NCBI GenBank assembly: GCA_964187785.1
Contig: OZ076412.1
Location: 9,982,001 to 10,046,000, forward strand
DNA from: Amphiscolops sp. MND2022
Taxonomy: Eukaryota
Direction of reading: 5' to 3'
Length of the DNA: 64,000 nt
A program made the translations under genes and the position numbers. Under the pieces are notes generated by a model, which was not told the DNA's origin, made no database searches, and worked only from the letters and a program-made list of their open reading frames with translations. Of this stretch, positions 19,347 through 32,345 are shown piece after piece; position 1 is the stretch's first letter; every line of letters begins with the position of its first letter.

Positions 19347-22300
19347 TGTGACTTTTGTTAACCCCAATTTCACTTAGTTACCATTTTGTGCTAATGACCA
19401 TGCGGCATTATACGGTTTGAGCATTATCGCATTCTCACCATTATGCGTTTTTATCAAGTTCACTATGCGGCATCCTACGTTTGGATGTGTGACGAGTAAT
19501 CGTCATTTAATGTCACAACACTATACGTCACCCTGCGGTTCGAAAAGTGACGTATACTCGTCACTATGCCTTTTCAGCAGTGTCAGCTATAAAAGATCAG
19601 TATTATTAGAGCGATCAAAATCGCGTTCAAAGTAATCATTTTGTACGATGTAATTTATTGATGTCTAGGGTCCTAGCGCTCTATATTTCTTGAGATATAA
19701 ATAGTATGACGTTTTTGACGTAATTCTCTTTTTGAAAATCCTAGTATGACTCCCACAAAAAAGAGCGTCATGGTCTTCTTTTTTCCTGGATTAGCAGAGC
19801 AGTAAATAACGAGATTCAGTTGGAATACATTCTTCATAACGCTCAGTTTTGCAAAATTGATCCCCAAACCAGCTTTGTTAAGGCAGTCTATTCACCAATT
19901 GTTCCATCTCTTTTCTTTTGAATTTGAAAGTACAACAGCATGATTCAAATCTTTTACCCACCAAAACATCATTTTCAACTAAAAAAAATGGACAACAAGA
20001 GAAACAGAAGGTCAAGGAGACTAGAAACACCATCTCCAGAGAGAGAATTAGAGAGAACGCAAGTAGATACGTCTGTTAAAGGTAATGAGACTTTAACTAA
20101 TTTTATTACGATTGTTCAAGAAAACCTAGGTGAAAAAAACTCTGAAAATTAGTTGAATGAACCCAGTCAGCTCAGTAGTGAAATCCAAGTATGGCCACAA
20201 TTTATGGAACGAAAGAATGATGATAAAATTGAACGAATGAGAGAAGAAATGGACAATAAACTAGAGGCTATCTTGAGGAGAGAAGTTAAGTCTAACAAAA
20301 CTACATCAACAGTAACAAGCCCAAGATCGGAAATCAATGAAACACAAGATCCACAACAGTCGGGATCCAAAACCAATAAGTCTATTGGAGTTGGCGCATC
20401 TAATATTGAAAACACAGATTCAGAAAACGACGATTATCCCCCAAGAGCTTCAAAACTGAAAGACTTGAAACATCCTGCAAAACCATTATTTCAAAACGAA
20501 TCCGATGAGATGTATCTATACTTTCAAACGAAGAACCCGAGGTAGAGGATTATCACATGGTGACAGGAGCCAATCGACAAATCCATAGACAAAATTCCCA
20601 AAACCCAAACAATACAATAGGATCCCACGTAGACCAAACAAAATCTGTTGAATCCGCCAACAAGACCACTCGATCCAGTCAATCAGATTGCACTAGAAAT
20701 TGACAAACTGGAAAACAAAAATTCCCCACAATCATTATTTCATCCCAAAATTACGCTCACTTTCAATGGAAAAAACGAGAAGAAGGAGAAATTTGATTAT
20801 TTTGAAGACCCGTTTCACAAAACACTTCGAATGCAACCAAACCTAACAGAGGACATGAAGATTAACCATTTTCACGGACAGCTCAGGTGTTTGCCACTCA
20901 AGACATTCAAAAACATACAGAGAACTCCAACCACTACATTAGAAGACATTCTCAAAGTCTTCAGACGAAAATATGTAAAACTGGAATCCAGTGCATCAGC
21001 AAAGCACAGATTCAATAGACTCGCATTTGATACGGAAAATCAAAAACTTCCAGATTTCTTAGAAGAACTCCAAGAGAGCGCTGAGAAAGCGTTTAGGGAG
21101 AACACATAACAAATGATAGAAAATCTACTCTACGCCAAAATGCCACCCCACCTCAAAAAGTCCATTAATCAAGCCTACATTGAAAATGGAACCTATGGCC
21201 AAATAGTCAAACATCTCGAAAAAGAGATGGACTTGAACGATTTGGAAGCTGACCAACCTTTAGTAAAAACACAGATGACGGTCACTAAAAAAGAACAAAA
21301 CGCTAAAAAAACCACCAAAAAACAACAAAATGAAAAAAACCAAAACACAAACGACAAAAACAGTACCAAACAAAACCCTCAAAAATGACCACTGCCGTTA
21401 CAGCAAAGAGACAGTTCACATGATGGCCGACTGTCCCAAATTGGCCAAACGGCGCAAACTTGAAGAAGATCCAGACGACGAAAATCGCCAAAATTGCAAC
21501 ACACCCGGCCATGAAGTAGAAAATTGTTACTTCGGCGCGAATATGGAAAATCGTCCACCTAAATGGACCCTCACCAAAGCCCAGAAAAAGGTTATTGAAA
21601 ACTATAGACAAGCCAAAAAAACCAATAAAACCAAAAATAGAACTACAACAACAATCCTCTTCCAAGGATTTAAACTAGAAACGCACGCCCTTATACAAAA
21701 TCTCCACAGGAACAAAACTCAGCAGATGACTGGCAGCATCAACTTAACCCAAAACCTACAAAAACCAACAATTTGCGAAACTAAATCAACAACACAAAAC
21801 TCTCAACAATCAACACTGGAAACTCAACCTGAAGACTTATACGAACTCTTACATGATGTTCCAGACAACTACTTCCCACAAGAACCAACCCACCCTGAAA
21901 CCGACTCAAACTCAGTTATCCAACACACAACAAAACACCACGTAACAAAAAGAAAGTCTTGCAATGATTAAAAAGAACCCCTTTTAGATGAAGATCTCAC
22001 CGAATACATACAATTTGACAAGGAACGAAGCTTCTCATATCTCCCAATCTCATTGTCCTTTACATTAAAGCGAAAACGCCACATGTATTACATACCGATG
22101 GACTTCGGAAAACTCAATGAGGATGGTCTTATTGATACCGGAGCGCTTACAAGCGCAATCTCTGACCAAGACCTCAATAAGGTGAAGCTGTTGGCAAACG
22201 AAGCCATTACAGAAACTGGTCCTCCAACAAACTTCCAAATTATGGTGGCGAATGGACAACTAGAAGTCCCTATTGGTACTGTACTACTAGAATTTGAAGC

Positions 22301-25300
22301 TAAAGGCTAATTTTGGCTGATTTCATGTTAAAGGAAAACTTCATCATCATGAAAACTCTACCAAACCCGCTAATCGAATTGTGTTTCCTTCGCAGAAATA
22401 ACGCCATTTTTGATGTCACTCAAGGCATCTTAACTTTTCCCTATCTCTCAATGCAACTCAAACCCGACACCCAAACATCGAAACGACAAGCAACACCATT
22501 GTTTGCTGAAAATACCTACACTTTACAACCAGGCGAAACTCTCGCCATTGCAAGCAAAATGCCCCATCTGATGGACCATAACGCAACTGAAATAGTCACC
22601 CCATCACAACAATATGAAAACCTTGATAGCATGTTCATCACTGCACCACTCAGTACTGTCAACAACGATGCTATCGGATATCAAATCATCAACGTTTTCG
22701 AACTACCATACACAATCACAATGGACACCCATCTAGCGGATTTCAAAATATTAACCCCAGAACAATTCAAATATATACAACCAGTAGACACAGCATTACT
22801 ATCTTTTATGAGACAACATGAGTAAAGAACAGAAGTCTAGATAAATGAACTTCTCAAAGTACCACATCAAAATTCAGAGCAGGAAACATACTGGTTTACC
22901 ACTGAAGAACCAGGTGATCCCGCAACATATACTCCATTTCAGCAACGTGTCTACAATGTGCTTCTCGGACTGAAAGAATTCGAATGGCCCAACAAAACGC
23001 TCAGCCCAGACGAACGACAAGAAATTAAAGAGATCCTCATTGAATTCCACGATCTTTTTGCCAGACATCGTTTCGATATAGGCATAAACCGTGAATTCAA
23101 GGTGAAACTAACGCCGAATGAGGACAGACCTGCTTACAGTTAAAATCTGCCGACTCCTATCAACCTCAAAGATGATATCACAGTAGAACTCGCACTTCTA
23201 CACAAGTACGGCATCATTACAACTTTACCTCTTCGCCAAATGTGCAAGCCCAATTTTTGCGCAACGTAAACCCAATGGGCGCTTCAGACTTTTAGTAGAC
23301 CTCACGAAGATTACTAACCTCATCACTGAATATTACACCAATAACAACCACCCGTAAGCACTTCATCGGATGCAGCCCAACACATGGCAGGGAAAAGAAC
23401 ATTTCTGCATATTGGATTACTCACAGGCTTACCACTGCCTTCCGATGGCAGATTACCAATTCCTTCAGATGCTCGTTTTCAATTTTGCAAGTAGAAGATT
23501 TGCTTATCGTAGCCTTGCTCAAGGTCTCAGCCGATCTTTTTCTGCGTTTTCAAGCTCTATGAGAGAGTACCTAAATAGAGCAATTAAAGCAGACCAAAAT
23601 GGCCAATATGTCGACGACATTGTTATAGCGGCAAATTACGCAAAACAATTGTGTGTAAATGTCAAATCTGTCTTTGAATGCATACGCAATGCAGGATTAA
23701 AACTCTCCATGTCAAAATGCCACTTGGAGTCAAACAAGTCGACTTTCTGAGACGCACAATAACACCAAACGGAATCACACCTCAACCCGACAAAGTGAAA
23801 ACTTCCTCTCAAAACTTCGCTATCCCAAGTCAAAAAAGGCGTTATAGAGGTATATTGACTTTTCAAACTATTACCGAAATTACATACCACGCTTTTCGGC
23901 TCTCTCCGTTCTTCAAACTCCTCAAAAAACCTCCAATTTCTACGTACGAACAAATTTGGTAGAAGCCTTCACAAACCTCAACAAACTCCTAGAAATTTTC
24001 TGCCAGTTAGTTTTAAAACAACCACTGAAAAACAAGCAACTCATAGTAATGTCCGATGCAAGTTTCACAGCAGCAGGATATGCTATCATGATCGAAGACG
24101 ACCCGAACCAGAAACTTCAGTCCAAACGAAAAACATATGCACCAATAGTATTTGGTTGAAAAACATTTAATCCAACACAGACAAAAATCTCAATTTGTGC
24201 AAAGGAATTTCTTTCCATATACTTTGCATTTGTCGAATTCGGACACCTCATGTGGGGTAGTACCTTCCCAGTAAACGTGTTCACAATTAATCGTTTTGTA
24301 ACCCAATTTTTCCAAACGAAAATTTTCCCTCCAGCACTCTGGAATGCCTGCGATTATGTCTTTCAATACAGTTTCGTGCTCGCCCATGTTGCCGGATCAA
24401 TGAACACCGCTGCCAACTTCTTATCTGTAACGGAAGTTGATCCAACCCAAAAACTGGAAATGGCCAATCGTAATGATGTTCACTGGAAAGCGATTGAAAT
24501 GAACATTCAATCATCTGGCATTGTCGAAGAAGAACAAATTTATGTTCTACCAGATGACGAAATTCATGAAAATCAATTATTTGAAGAAAAACAAAACATA
24601 AGGAATCAAGCGCCAACCGATACACACAATGACCCAGAAAACACTGTTTCTGAACTACAACAATTTCGCAAACCACATTAAGACTGATCTCCTGCTTATA
24701 GCGCGCGGATCGGCCTTGAGCAGAACAATGACATATTCCTTAGAAACTTGAGAGAAAAAATCGAAGGAAACCCAGTTGACGAAAATGAACTCGCATCAGA
24801 ATATAGATACCAGCACTACTTACAAAACAACGCGAATAGAGATAAAACAGGAAGTTCTCACACGCAAATACTACACGGACACCGGAACCATATCTCACCA
24901 CCAAATTCTTCTACCAATCCAACTCCTAGAAGAATTTCTTCAGGCCCTCCATGGTCAAGGAGGAGCTAGAAATCCTATCTCCAGAGAGAGAATTAGAGAG
25001 AACGCAAGTAGATACGTTTGGTACAGGTAATGAGACTTTAACTAATTTTATTGCGGTTGTTCAAGAAAACTTAGGTGAAAATAACTCGGAAGATCAGTTG
25101 ACTGAACCCAGTCTGCTCAGTAATGAAATCCAAGTATGGACACAAATTATGCAACGAAAGAATGATGATAAAATTTAAAGAATGAGAGAAGAAATGGACA
25201 ATAAACTAGAGGCTATGTTGAGAGAAGATAAGTTTTACAAAACTATATCAACAGTAACAAACCCAAGATCGGAAATCAATGAATCACAAGATCCACAACC

Positions 25301-25500
25301 GTCGGGATCCAAAACAAATAAGTCTATTGGAGTTCGCGCATCTAATATTGAAAACTCAGATTCAGAAAACGACGATTATCCTCTAAGAGCTTCAAAAATG
25401 AAAGACTTGAAACATCCTGCAAAACAATTATTTCAAAACGAATCCGATATAGATGTATCTATACTTTCAAACAAAGAACCCAAAGTAGAGGATTATCACA
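19347..25500 (+). mobile_element. Degenerate Ty3/gypsy element with internal deletion removing most of integrase and the 5' part of the 3' LTR
   Basis: 5' LTR 19347-20557 (TGTGA..TCACA); PBS TGGTGACAGGAG; fragmented gag/PR (IDTGA)/RT (YVDD)/RH (MSDAS); partial 3' LTR ~24955-25500; flanks GTAAT/GTTAT (probable TSD with one mismatch). Confidence 0.88.
19988..24950 (+). pseudogene. gag-pol pseudogene of element 2
   Basis: Many stops and frameshifts, but collinear with the intact gag-pol at 100-6719; slippery T TTA AAC before TAG at 21669-21678. Confidence 0.9.
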
Positions 25501-25689
25501 GTTATTAAGTAATTTTTTAGGATTTTATAAAATTCCCAAGGAAGCTTCAACGCATTGACAATTCGCTGATTTTCTGAAAACCTGTCTATAAAATGCATCC
25601 TGAATTTGGCAGCGATTCCGAGCTGCGAAGTTTTGCATTCTTCATTAGGAAGCAGTTCTAATACCTCATAATTTCTGCCGCGATTTCAG

Positions 25690-25960
25690 GAAGCGTCATA
25701 TTCAACGTGCTATTTGACTAACGGTGGCTACAAACGTTACTTACTTGAGAAACGTAAGCGTGAAATCAAAGTGATCGCGACGGTGAAGATGTGGAGATGT
25801 TTTTAGTTTTACTTTAAATAGTGGAAGCTGCATTCTAATCCTGCAAAATTTGTCCATGTTTGCTCCCTGAATTTTCCATGTTTTGTAGAAAAAATACCTG
25901 CATGTTTCCATGAAGCATTTAAAAAGCTCAAGCATTCTCGACTAGGGAAATGCTCTTTTG
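25690..25960. repeat. Dispersed repeat, second copy at ~38170-38400
   Basis: Shared GTGCTATTTGACTAACGGT..TACTTACTTG.GAAAC..AGCGTGAAA.CAAAGTGATCG..AGTGGAAGCTGCAT. Confidence 0.75.
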
Positions 25961-28951
25961 GGACACATATATTCCTGCGATCACAACGCAAAGTTGATTT
26001 TATAGCAATTGTTAGTTTTTAGTATCAAAAATTTTGAAGTTTGCAAGTTAGCTGTTGTATTTTCTACTGGCCCTAGTTTACCTTATCATCATTGACATCT
26101 TCTGTTTACTACGTTGAAGACATGGGTTTAGTCGACGCTTTTCTAGTGAAAAGTGCCCGACTATTAGTGTGGATAGTATTTTTCTTTTTTTTTTCGTCAC
26201 ACGACAGACCTCACCCTGTAAGTACCACTTTTTATGCACCGTGCACTGCTACCAAAAGTACTCGATACTTAATTTTGAACGCATCCAAAGCCTCTAACAT
26301 GAAATACAAAGCCATTGCAGAGCAGACGGGCACCTTTTCAATTGTTCAGAACTGAGACTGTAAAAAAATGTCATTTTTTTCGAAAGTTTTTTATTATCTC
26401 CAAATCGTTCACCTTTTACAATTTTCGGCATTGTGAGTTTTTCCAAAAAAAATAGTTTTGGTCTTAAATTTCGGTTTTCTCAGTAGACCGGCACGCTTCA
26501 TCCGAATTTTTTATGACCGTCGTTTTTCAGCACTATGCTACTTTTTAAAATCGAAGCCCCTCAATTTTTCCAAAAAACGCAATGTTTTGCGGGCATAGAG
26601 AACTCCTTAGGGTTTCGACAAAATGCGACATTTCCCGACAAAAAATCGAGTTTTTCACTGACATTTTTTTGTTTCCAGTTGGGGAAAAGTGGTTTCCGAG
26701 TTTTATCTAGCATGAATGGCACCCTTTGGGTGTTTCGGAACTGTTTTCTGCGTTTTTCATAAAAACGTCGTAGCCATTTATCAAAAACTCCGCCCTTTTT
26801 GAGCCTTAGATAAAGCGCCGACTTTAAACGTTCCCAACTTGTTTGTACTAATACTAATAAAAGACGAAAATGCCTTTGAGAAATAAACAGCGCTAAACAA
26901 TAATTGAAATCAATAATGCAAAACTTTGTTTCTCAGAATTGGAACTGAAATGAAGGAAAAACAAGGCGGGAACGTCTAAAGTCGGCGCTATACCTAAGGC
27001 TCAACAGCGCAAAGTTTTGAAAAAATGCTGAGGACGTTTATGAAAAACCCACAAAATCTTCGAAACACCAAAAGGGTGCCTTCCGTGCTCGGGAAACACT
27101 TCAGACCTTCGAATATAGCGTGTTGAGACAAATCGGTGCTGAGACAATATTTTCGAACCTTCACCTCCAGAATTTGGACAGTTCTGAAAAAATTATACAG
27201 TCTCATACTGTCAAAATATGTGGATGGAGGGACCCTTTGAGATTTTTACCATCTCGAAATAGCTGGCGCTTCTACTTCTTGTGAATTTGACGTTTGTATG
27301 GAGCGTCCAGCAAAACGAGTACATTTTACAGCTGGGACAATGCCTAGATTGCCTGAACAGGAGACCCTGGTTTATCTACAAGACTACAGATCAACTTTCC
27401 TCTCGAAAGTCATCTCCAATGGGACTTTTTTAACGTCGAGAGTACTCTTCATTTTGAAGCTCTGAGACAATGTGCTGGCTCACTCAATGTCCCAACACGT
27501 TCCCCAAGCGCGCAAAAACAGTTTCTAGCCTACCTGAGACCTCCTACATACTTCCGAGGTCTGAAAAAGGCAACAATGCATTTTATTACCGAATTCAAGT
27601 AAGTCACTCATTCTCAAACTCCTGAAATACTGCAATTTTGTACAGAATTGTTCCGAACATGGAGTCAAAGGCTCATTGAGAATTTGTTTTGGGGGGCATT
27701 CCATACCGAAAGTGGTACCTTGCATAGGTTTGGAGTTTTCGGACAAAAATGGGCAATTTCGGCAGTTTCGGTTGTATCCGCTGGTGATGTCACTGTTCTG
27801 GACGTCTATGTACGTTTGTAGTACTGAGTTGGCACAACACGGGTGTGTGAGGTTCCTGTTGTGTTGGGTATTGATGGGTGTCTCTGTGTGTGTTCTGTCT
27901 GGGTGTTCTTGATGCGTCTTGCAGACTGATTTTGTGTACATGCTGTAATATTCATAGATAGCATTGCATAAAACAACTAATAGATAAGAAATATTTTTTT
28001 CTAAAAGTGTATGGCCCGTTAGTCTCATGTCTAGCTAAGCGTATTTTTGAATGATGACACGATAATATGAAACACAAAAGATCATTTACAAATATATTTC
28101 TAATATAAAAAACATAAATGTCATTTGATTACAGCTAGTCTAAAACTATCGGAGTTTTGATTGGCACGTTGTCCGAATATTTCGGTTCGGTATTTGACAT
28201 CGTAAAACACCTGCCAGGTCGGCCATTTTTGTTTTGTGTGGTACTTAGAAATTTCGGTAAATTTCTGGCAGCTATTATTTCACCAAACTGGTAGTCGTTA
28301 CAGTAGTTTCTCAGCTTTCAATTGTCAAATTGGTAACCGGATTCTATTTGGAACAGCGAAAATTTGTTTAAAGAGAAACACAAATGCCATGTTGATTTGA
28401 TTTTACATTTTACATATTTCTACTGAAACAGGTAACAGTGTGCCCAGATGAAATCCGGGACAAACGTGGAGTCAGATCGGATCCAGGCCATTCCAACTTT
28501 TTCAAGATTTCGAACGAATTCGCTGTTTCCACACATTATTCCAGATTAAACTTTCTCTGGACTCATGTGCATTCTCAGATTGATCATTTATCATTGCAAA
28601 ACCAAATCAAAGCATAAACCCGTAGTCTCAATGCCCAATTATTTGGGTTCAAACAACTGAAGAAAGCCTTTTTGAATTTCATCGAATTTTTTCGGGAAAA
28701 GCGATTTTCAACTGGAGGTTGTGTGATTGTTTCTTGACGCCGAATTGATAATGTAAAGACTGATATTGGAACTTTATCTGACTAAAGTTTTCGAATAAAC
28801 CTGTCGAAACGGCTTGAGTTTTCAGGACGATTTCGGGCGGAACAGCAAAATTTTAAGCATGGTGCTAACACTTGGTTCAAGTTTTGATTTTTCTCACTCC
28901 AACTGTGATACATTTAGAAGCAAAGAAAGATGATAATAAAAATTGAATAAG

Positions 28952-29322
28952 AACAAGACGCCCTCTAAGCATCGGGATATTTTCCGCCCTGTTCGCCTTT
29001 ACCAACTGAGCCATAGCTATTTTGGGAGGGGGAATAGAATCTAAAAAATAAGATCTAAAATTTAGTGATTTTAGATCTTATTCCTTTTAGATCTTATTCC
29101 CGTCCTGAAATTTAGATATTATTCCCGCTGTCAGCTATTTTAGCTACTTGACTAGTACCTCAAATAGTCAAGTAACTTGACTAGTAACATAAATGGTCAA
29201 GTAACTAAATGCAAAATAGTCAAGTGGATTAGGTGAAATTTTGGTAGAATTTGTTTAAAAAACGCATCACAGATCACAATTTTCTTTCCCCATTCAAAAA
29301 ATGTGGGGTCAGAAAATAATGA
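28952..29322 (+). mobile_element. Non-autonomous Helentron/DINE-1-like element (copy 1)
   Basis: 5' AACAAGACGCCC..GGGATATTTTCCGCC; 3' CCCCA..TGGGG hairpin plus CAGAAAATAA, as in the copies at 32349 and 52880. Confidence 0.5.
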
Positions 29323-30480
29323 AAAAAGGCCCTGGTTTAGATGGTTTAGATGTGTTCCTGATTTTGCTGGCCTGAGGAATTGAATCATCAGCAATGGACA
29401 ATTATTTTACTCAACATTTGTAGAAAGAAAAGTTTTCATTCAAAGCATTCATCGCGGATCCAAATCAAAACTAAATGTGTCGCAGGCCGCCGCCTGTGAT
29501 GGCACACACTATTCTACAACAGCACTGTGACAGGAAATTGTCCAGGAACGCTTCCTACCTATTAAATCTTTTATTATGTTAGTAAGAATTGATTTAATTT
29601 CTGGAGGTAATACAATCTGTTACCATCTGTAAAACTGTTGAAATTAAAAACTTATATTAGTCTGTTAACATAGGTGATTGAGTTGCTCAAACTATGAATA
29701 GAAAGGTGTTGATTACGTGATAAATTGTAGGTAAACTTAACGACGTAAAGGAAATGAAAGTGTACTAAAGTACTCTCTACGTCGTCGCTCGAAATTAGGA
29801 AATTAGCCAATCAGACCTAATCATTCATTGTGCTGTCATTGTACTTTGGTATAATGGCCGGATTAGCCTATTTGACTAAACTACGCTGCTATAATATTAA
29901 AATCAGGCAAGTGGCCGGTTCAGGCCAATTCAATCACCCGTTAGTACCAGCGTGCTAATGATACCTTTCCTTTCACTTGTGTTAAATGTAGAAGTGCTTA
30001 TTTTTACCCCTAAATGTTTGCTGTTGCTCTATATGTTGAGTGATGTTTCTTAACATGAAAGACCAAGTACCTGTCCATGAGCAGGTTCGGGCCATGCGAC
30101 GCGTGCATTCTATTAATCAGATATCAGTCCTATCAGTTCTATTAATCAGTTCTATTATTATCAGTTCTATTAATCAGTCCCGTTAGACCACAGTAATTAT
30201 AATTTGTTTACGCAAGTTTTGTAAAGTACTACCCTCACATGACCACTGAGGCACGGCGTAGGCACGTGCTTAGATGGAACGTTCAGTTTGATGCAATATT
30301 TAATTTCCTCCGACACTTTGATGTAAAATATTAAAATTGGTCGGAGCCGTTCAAACAAATCTAGTACTAAAAAGATGTCAAACTTGTTGACACAATGAAC
30401 CCGAACTACATTAGCGTTCAAACCTCACTAAATACAAGTTTTTCGATTGGAATTCAAACATTTGAAATTGATCATTTTCA

Positions 30481-31063
30481 AATGCTTACTACAAGAAAGC
30501 ACAAAGTAAAGCTAGAAAATTCAGAGAAGCTGAGATGCTATCTGACTTAGAAAATATGGATATAATGCTTGGTAGTAACCACTTTAGAAGAGAAGCGAGC
30601 GAGTTTGGAAATTCGGCTAGAAGGCCTGAAAGTCTTAGTTACGATGCTTTAGTAGACCACAATACCAACTCTCACTCTAATGTTGGTGAGAATGAAATCA
30701 GGAGGTTTGCCGGAAATGACCATGATTCAAGGGAAGTTGATTCTAGTAGCGAGATAAATAGGCTGTCAGGAGTGCTTAATCAAAGAATTACTCAAAGAAT
30801 GAATGATCTGATGAATAGCGTGAGTTCTCAAATTCAAAGGCTATAAGTGAAACAATTATTGAACAAGTGCTGCCGCAAATTCAAATCTGACTTAGGTCCG
30901 GTTCCGGACAAATGCCCCAAAAGGGATGGAACGTTCCAACTGAGAGACAGGAAGATAGATCCGAAGGAAATCCAACCGCAAAGCTAGAAGCAGGTCGAGA
31001 GATAACTTCATAACTTCCCCCGTAATCTGACTGGACATGAGGATGAGGAGGATACTCATTACG
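30481..31063 (+). mobile_element. Remnant of another gypsy LTR (solo-LTR-like) with frameshifted gag N-terminus
   Basis: MLTTRK../MLSDLENMDIML.. reading ends ..EDEEDTHY at GATACTCATTAC, the same LTR-embedded gag arrangement as other families here; no PBS follows; 5' boundary not found. Confidence 0.5.
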
Positions 31064-31532
31064 GAATGTCTGATGAAGAATCATCCATCAGAATATTTTA
31101 CTTTTCATTAGAGTTTTTCTTCAAAAGATGGTTTCATTATAAAGACAAAGATCAACATTCCAAGTCTTTTTAGGTTTTTATATGGAGCCATAAGGTCGTT
31201 TTCGAAAGTTCTACAAAGGTAAATGAAAAACTCTCAAGAAAGAGTTGAGCAAGATTCAGCTTTCATGTTAATTGAAGTCTTTTTAATGATGGAAACAGGA
31301 AAAGGGCATCGAATGAAAACATTCGATTCCAGTAAATACTGTGAGACAGTTTTGCTTAGTAATAGCTGCAACTTTTCTTAATTTACATGAAAGCAGTTTG
31401 GGAAACAAATTTTAAAATCTCACTTTTAAATTCAACATTTGGGAAATTGATTCAATAAGTATTAAAGAAATTAGTTGACAGCAAATGGCATGATATACAA
31501 CTACAAAATATGCAATTCTACAAAAAACACGA

Positions 31533-32345
31533 TCATACATAAAACTTGTTATAAGAGTTATCAAAATGACCGCCCGGCAAGGAACAGGGCTCTGATAAAT
31601 CATCGTGGATTGTTGTAATCTGTGGCGAAAACATGACAGTTGGCTGTTTGTAAGACCCGTTTCCCTGGGGGAATGAGTAATGTATGTGGCTATGTACCCC
31701 TGAACAGGTGTTACTGTGGTGGGTGCTAGAGGTCTTCAGGGCCGAGGCTTTGGGCAGAGGCGCCATGGGGCGATGTCCTGTTCTGGCTAGGTACATGCTA
31801 TCCCCGTCACCCTGCTCATACAACGGTTGACTGGTTATCGCAATATTGTCGCCTTGCGCTACCACTTGTTTCGCCATCAAGCGGCTGTTTTGTTTCTTCT
31901 TCCGAGTCATGTACACTGCGAGAATGAAACATGACAGCATGAAAGCCATTGAGATTATTGCCAGAATCGGCGCAATAGGGGCGCTTATGTTGACCTTGTG
32001 ACTCCAGTTTTTGGAGTTAGTTGCCAAGTTTTGGTCGTCGGTTGTCACCGTGTCAGAGTTTGCCGAGTCGATCAGAGGCAATCCAGTGACTGGCAAGATA
32101 TTCAGAAGACTGCTGGTCTTGAAAATTGCGTTTCCTCCGGAACCAATGGAGTTGCTACTTCCATGCATGGATGATTGACTCAAAATCGAAGTTTGCGTGT
32201 CCTTCACAGTGAAGAAAACGTGAATCATCCAAACATTAGATGAGTTTTGCGCAAACAAAGGTTCTGTAGAGAACGACACTTTCTTCGGCCCGTCGAACTT
32301 CATGTCGAAATATTTTGTATCCACTTGGGCTGAATCGTCGTTTTT
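31533..32345 (-). CDS. FREM-like terminal exon (TM helix + ~124 aa tail)
   Basis: ..FSTEPLF..WMIHVFFTV..ILAIISMAFMLSCFILAVYM RKKK..FYV*. Confidence 0.85.
   Translation of the reverse strand, partial: KNDDSAQVDTKYFDMKFDGPKKVSFSTEPLFAQNSSNVWMIHVFFTVKDTQTSILSQSSMHGSSNSIGSGGNAIFKTSSLLNILPVTGLPLIDSANSDTVTTDDQNLATNSKNWSHKVNISAPIAPILAIISMAFMLSCFILAVYMTRKKKQNSRLMAKQVVAQGDNIAITSQPLYEQGDGDSMYLARTGHRPMAPLPKASALKTSSTHHSNTCSGVHSHIHYSFPQGNGSYKQPTVMFSPQITTIHDDLSEPCSLPGGHFDNSYNKFYV

Noticed and set aside
27300-28620. Possible plus-strand spliced gene (GTAAGT 27599, TACAG 27645, GTACGT ~27810, CAG ~28432)
   Set aside because: Splice-like signals are present, but no frame stays open across the junctions and no recognisable domain was found.
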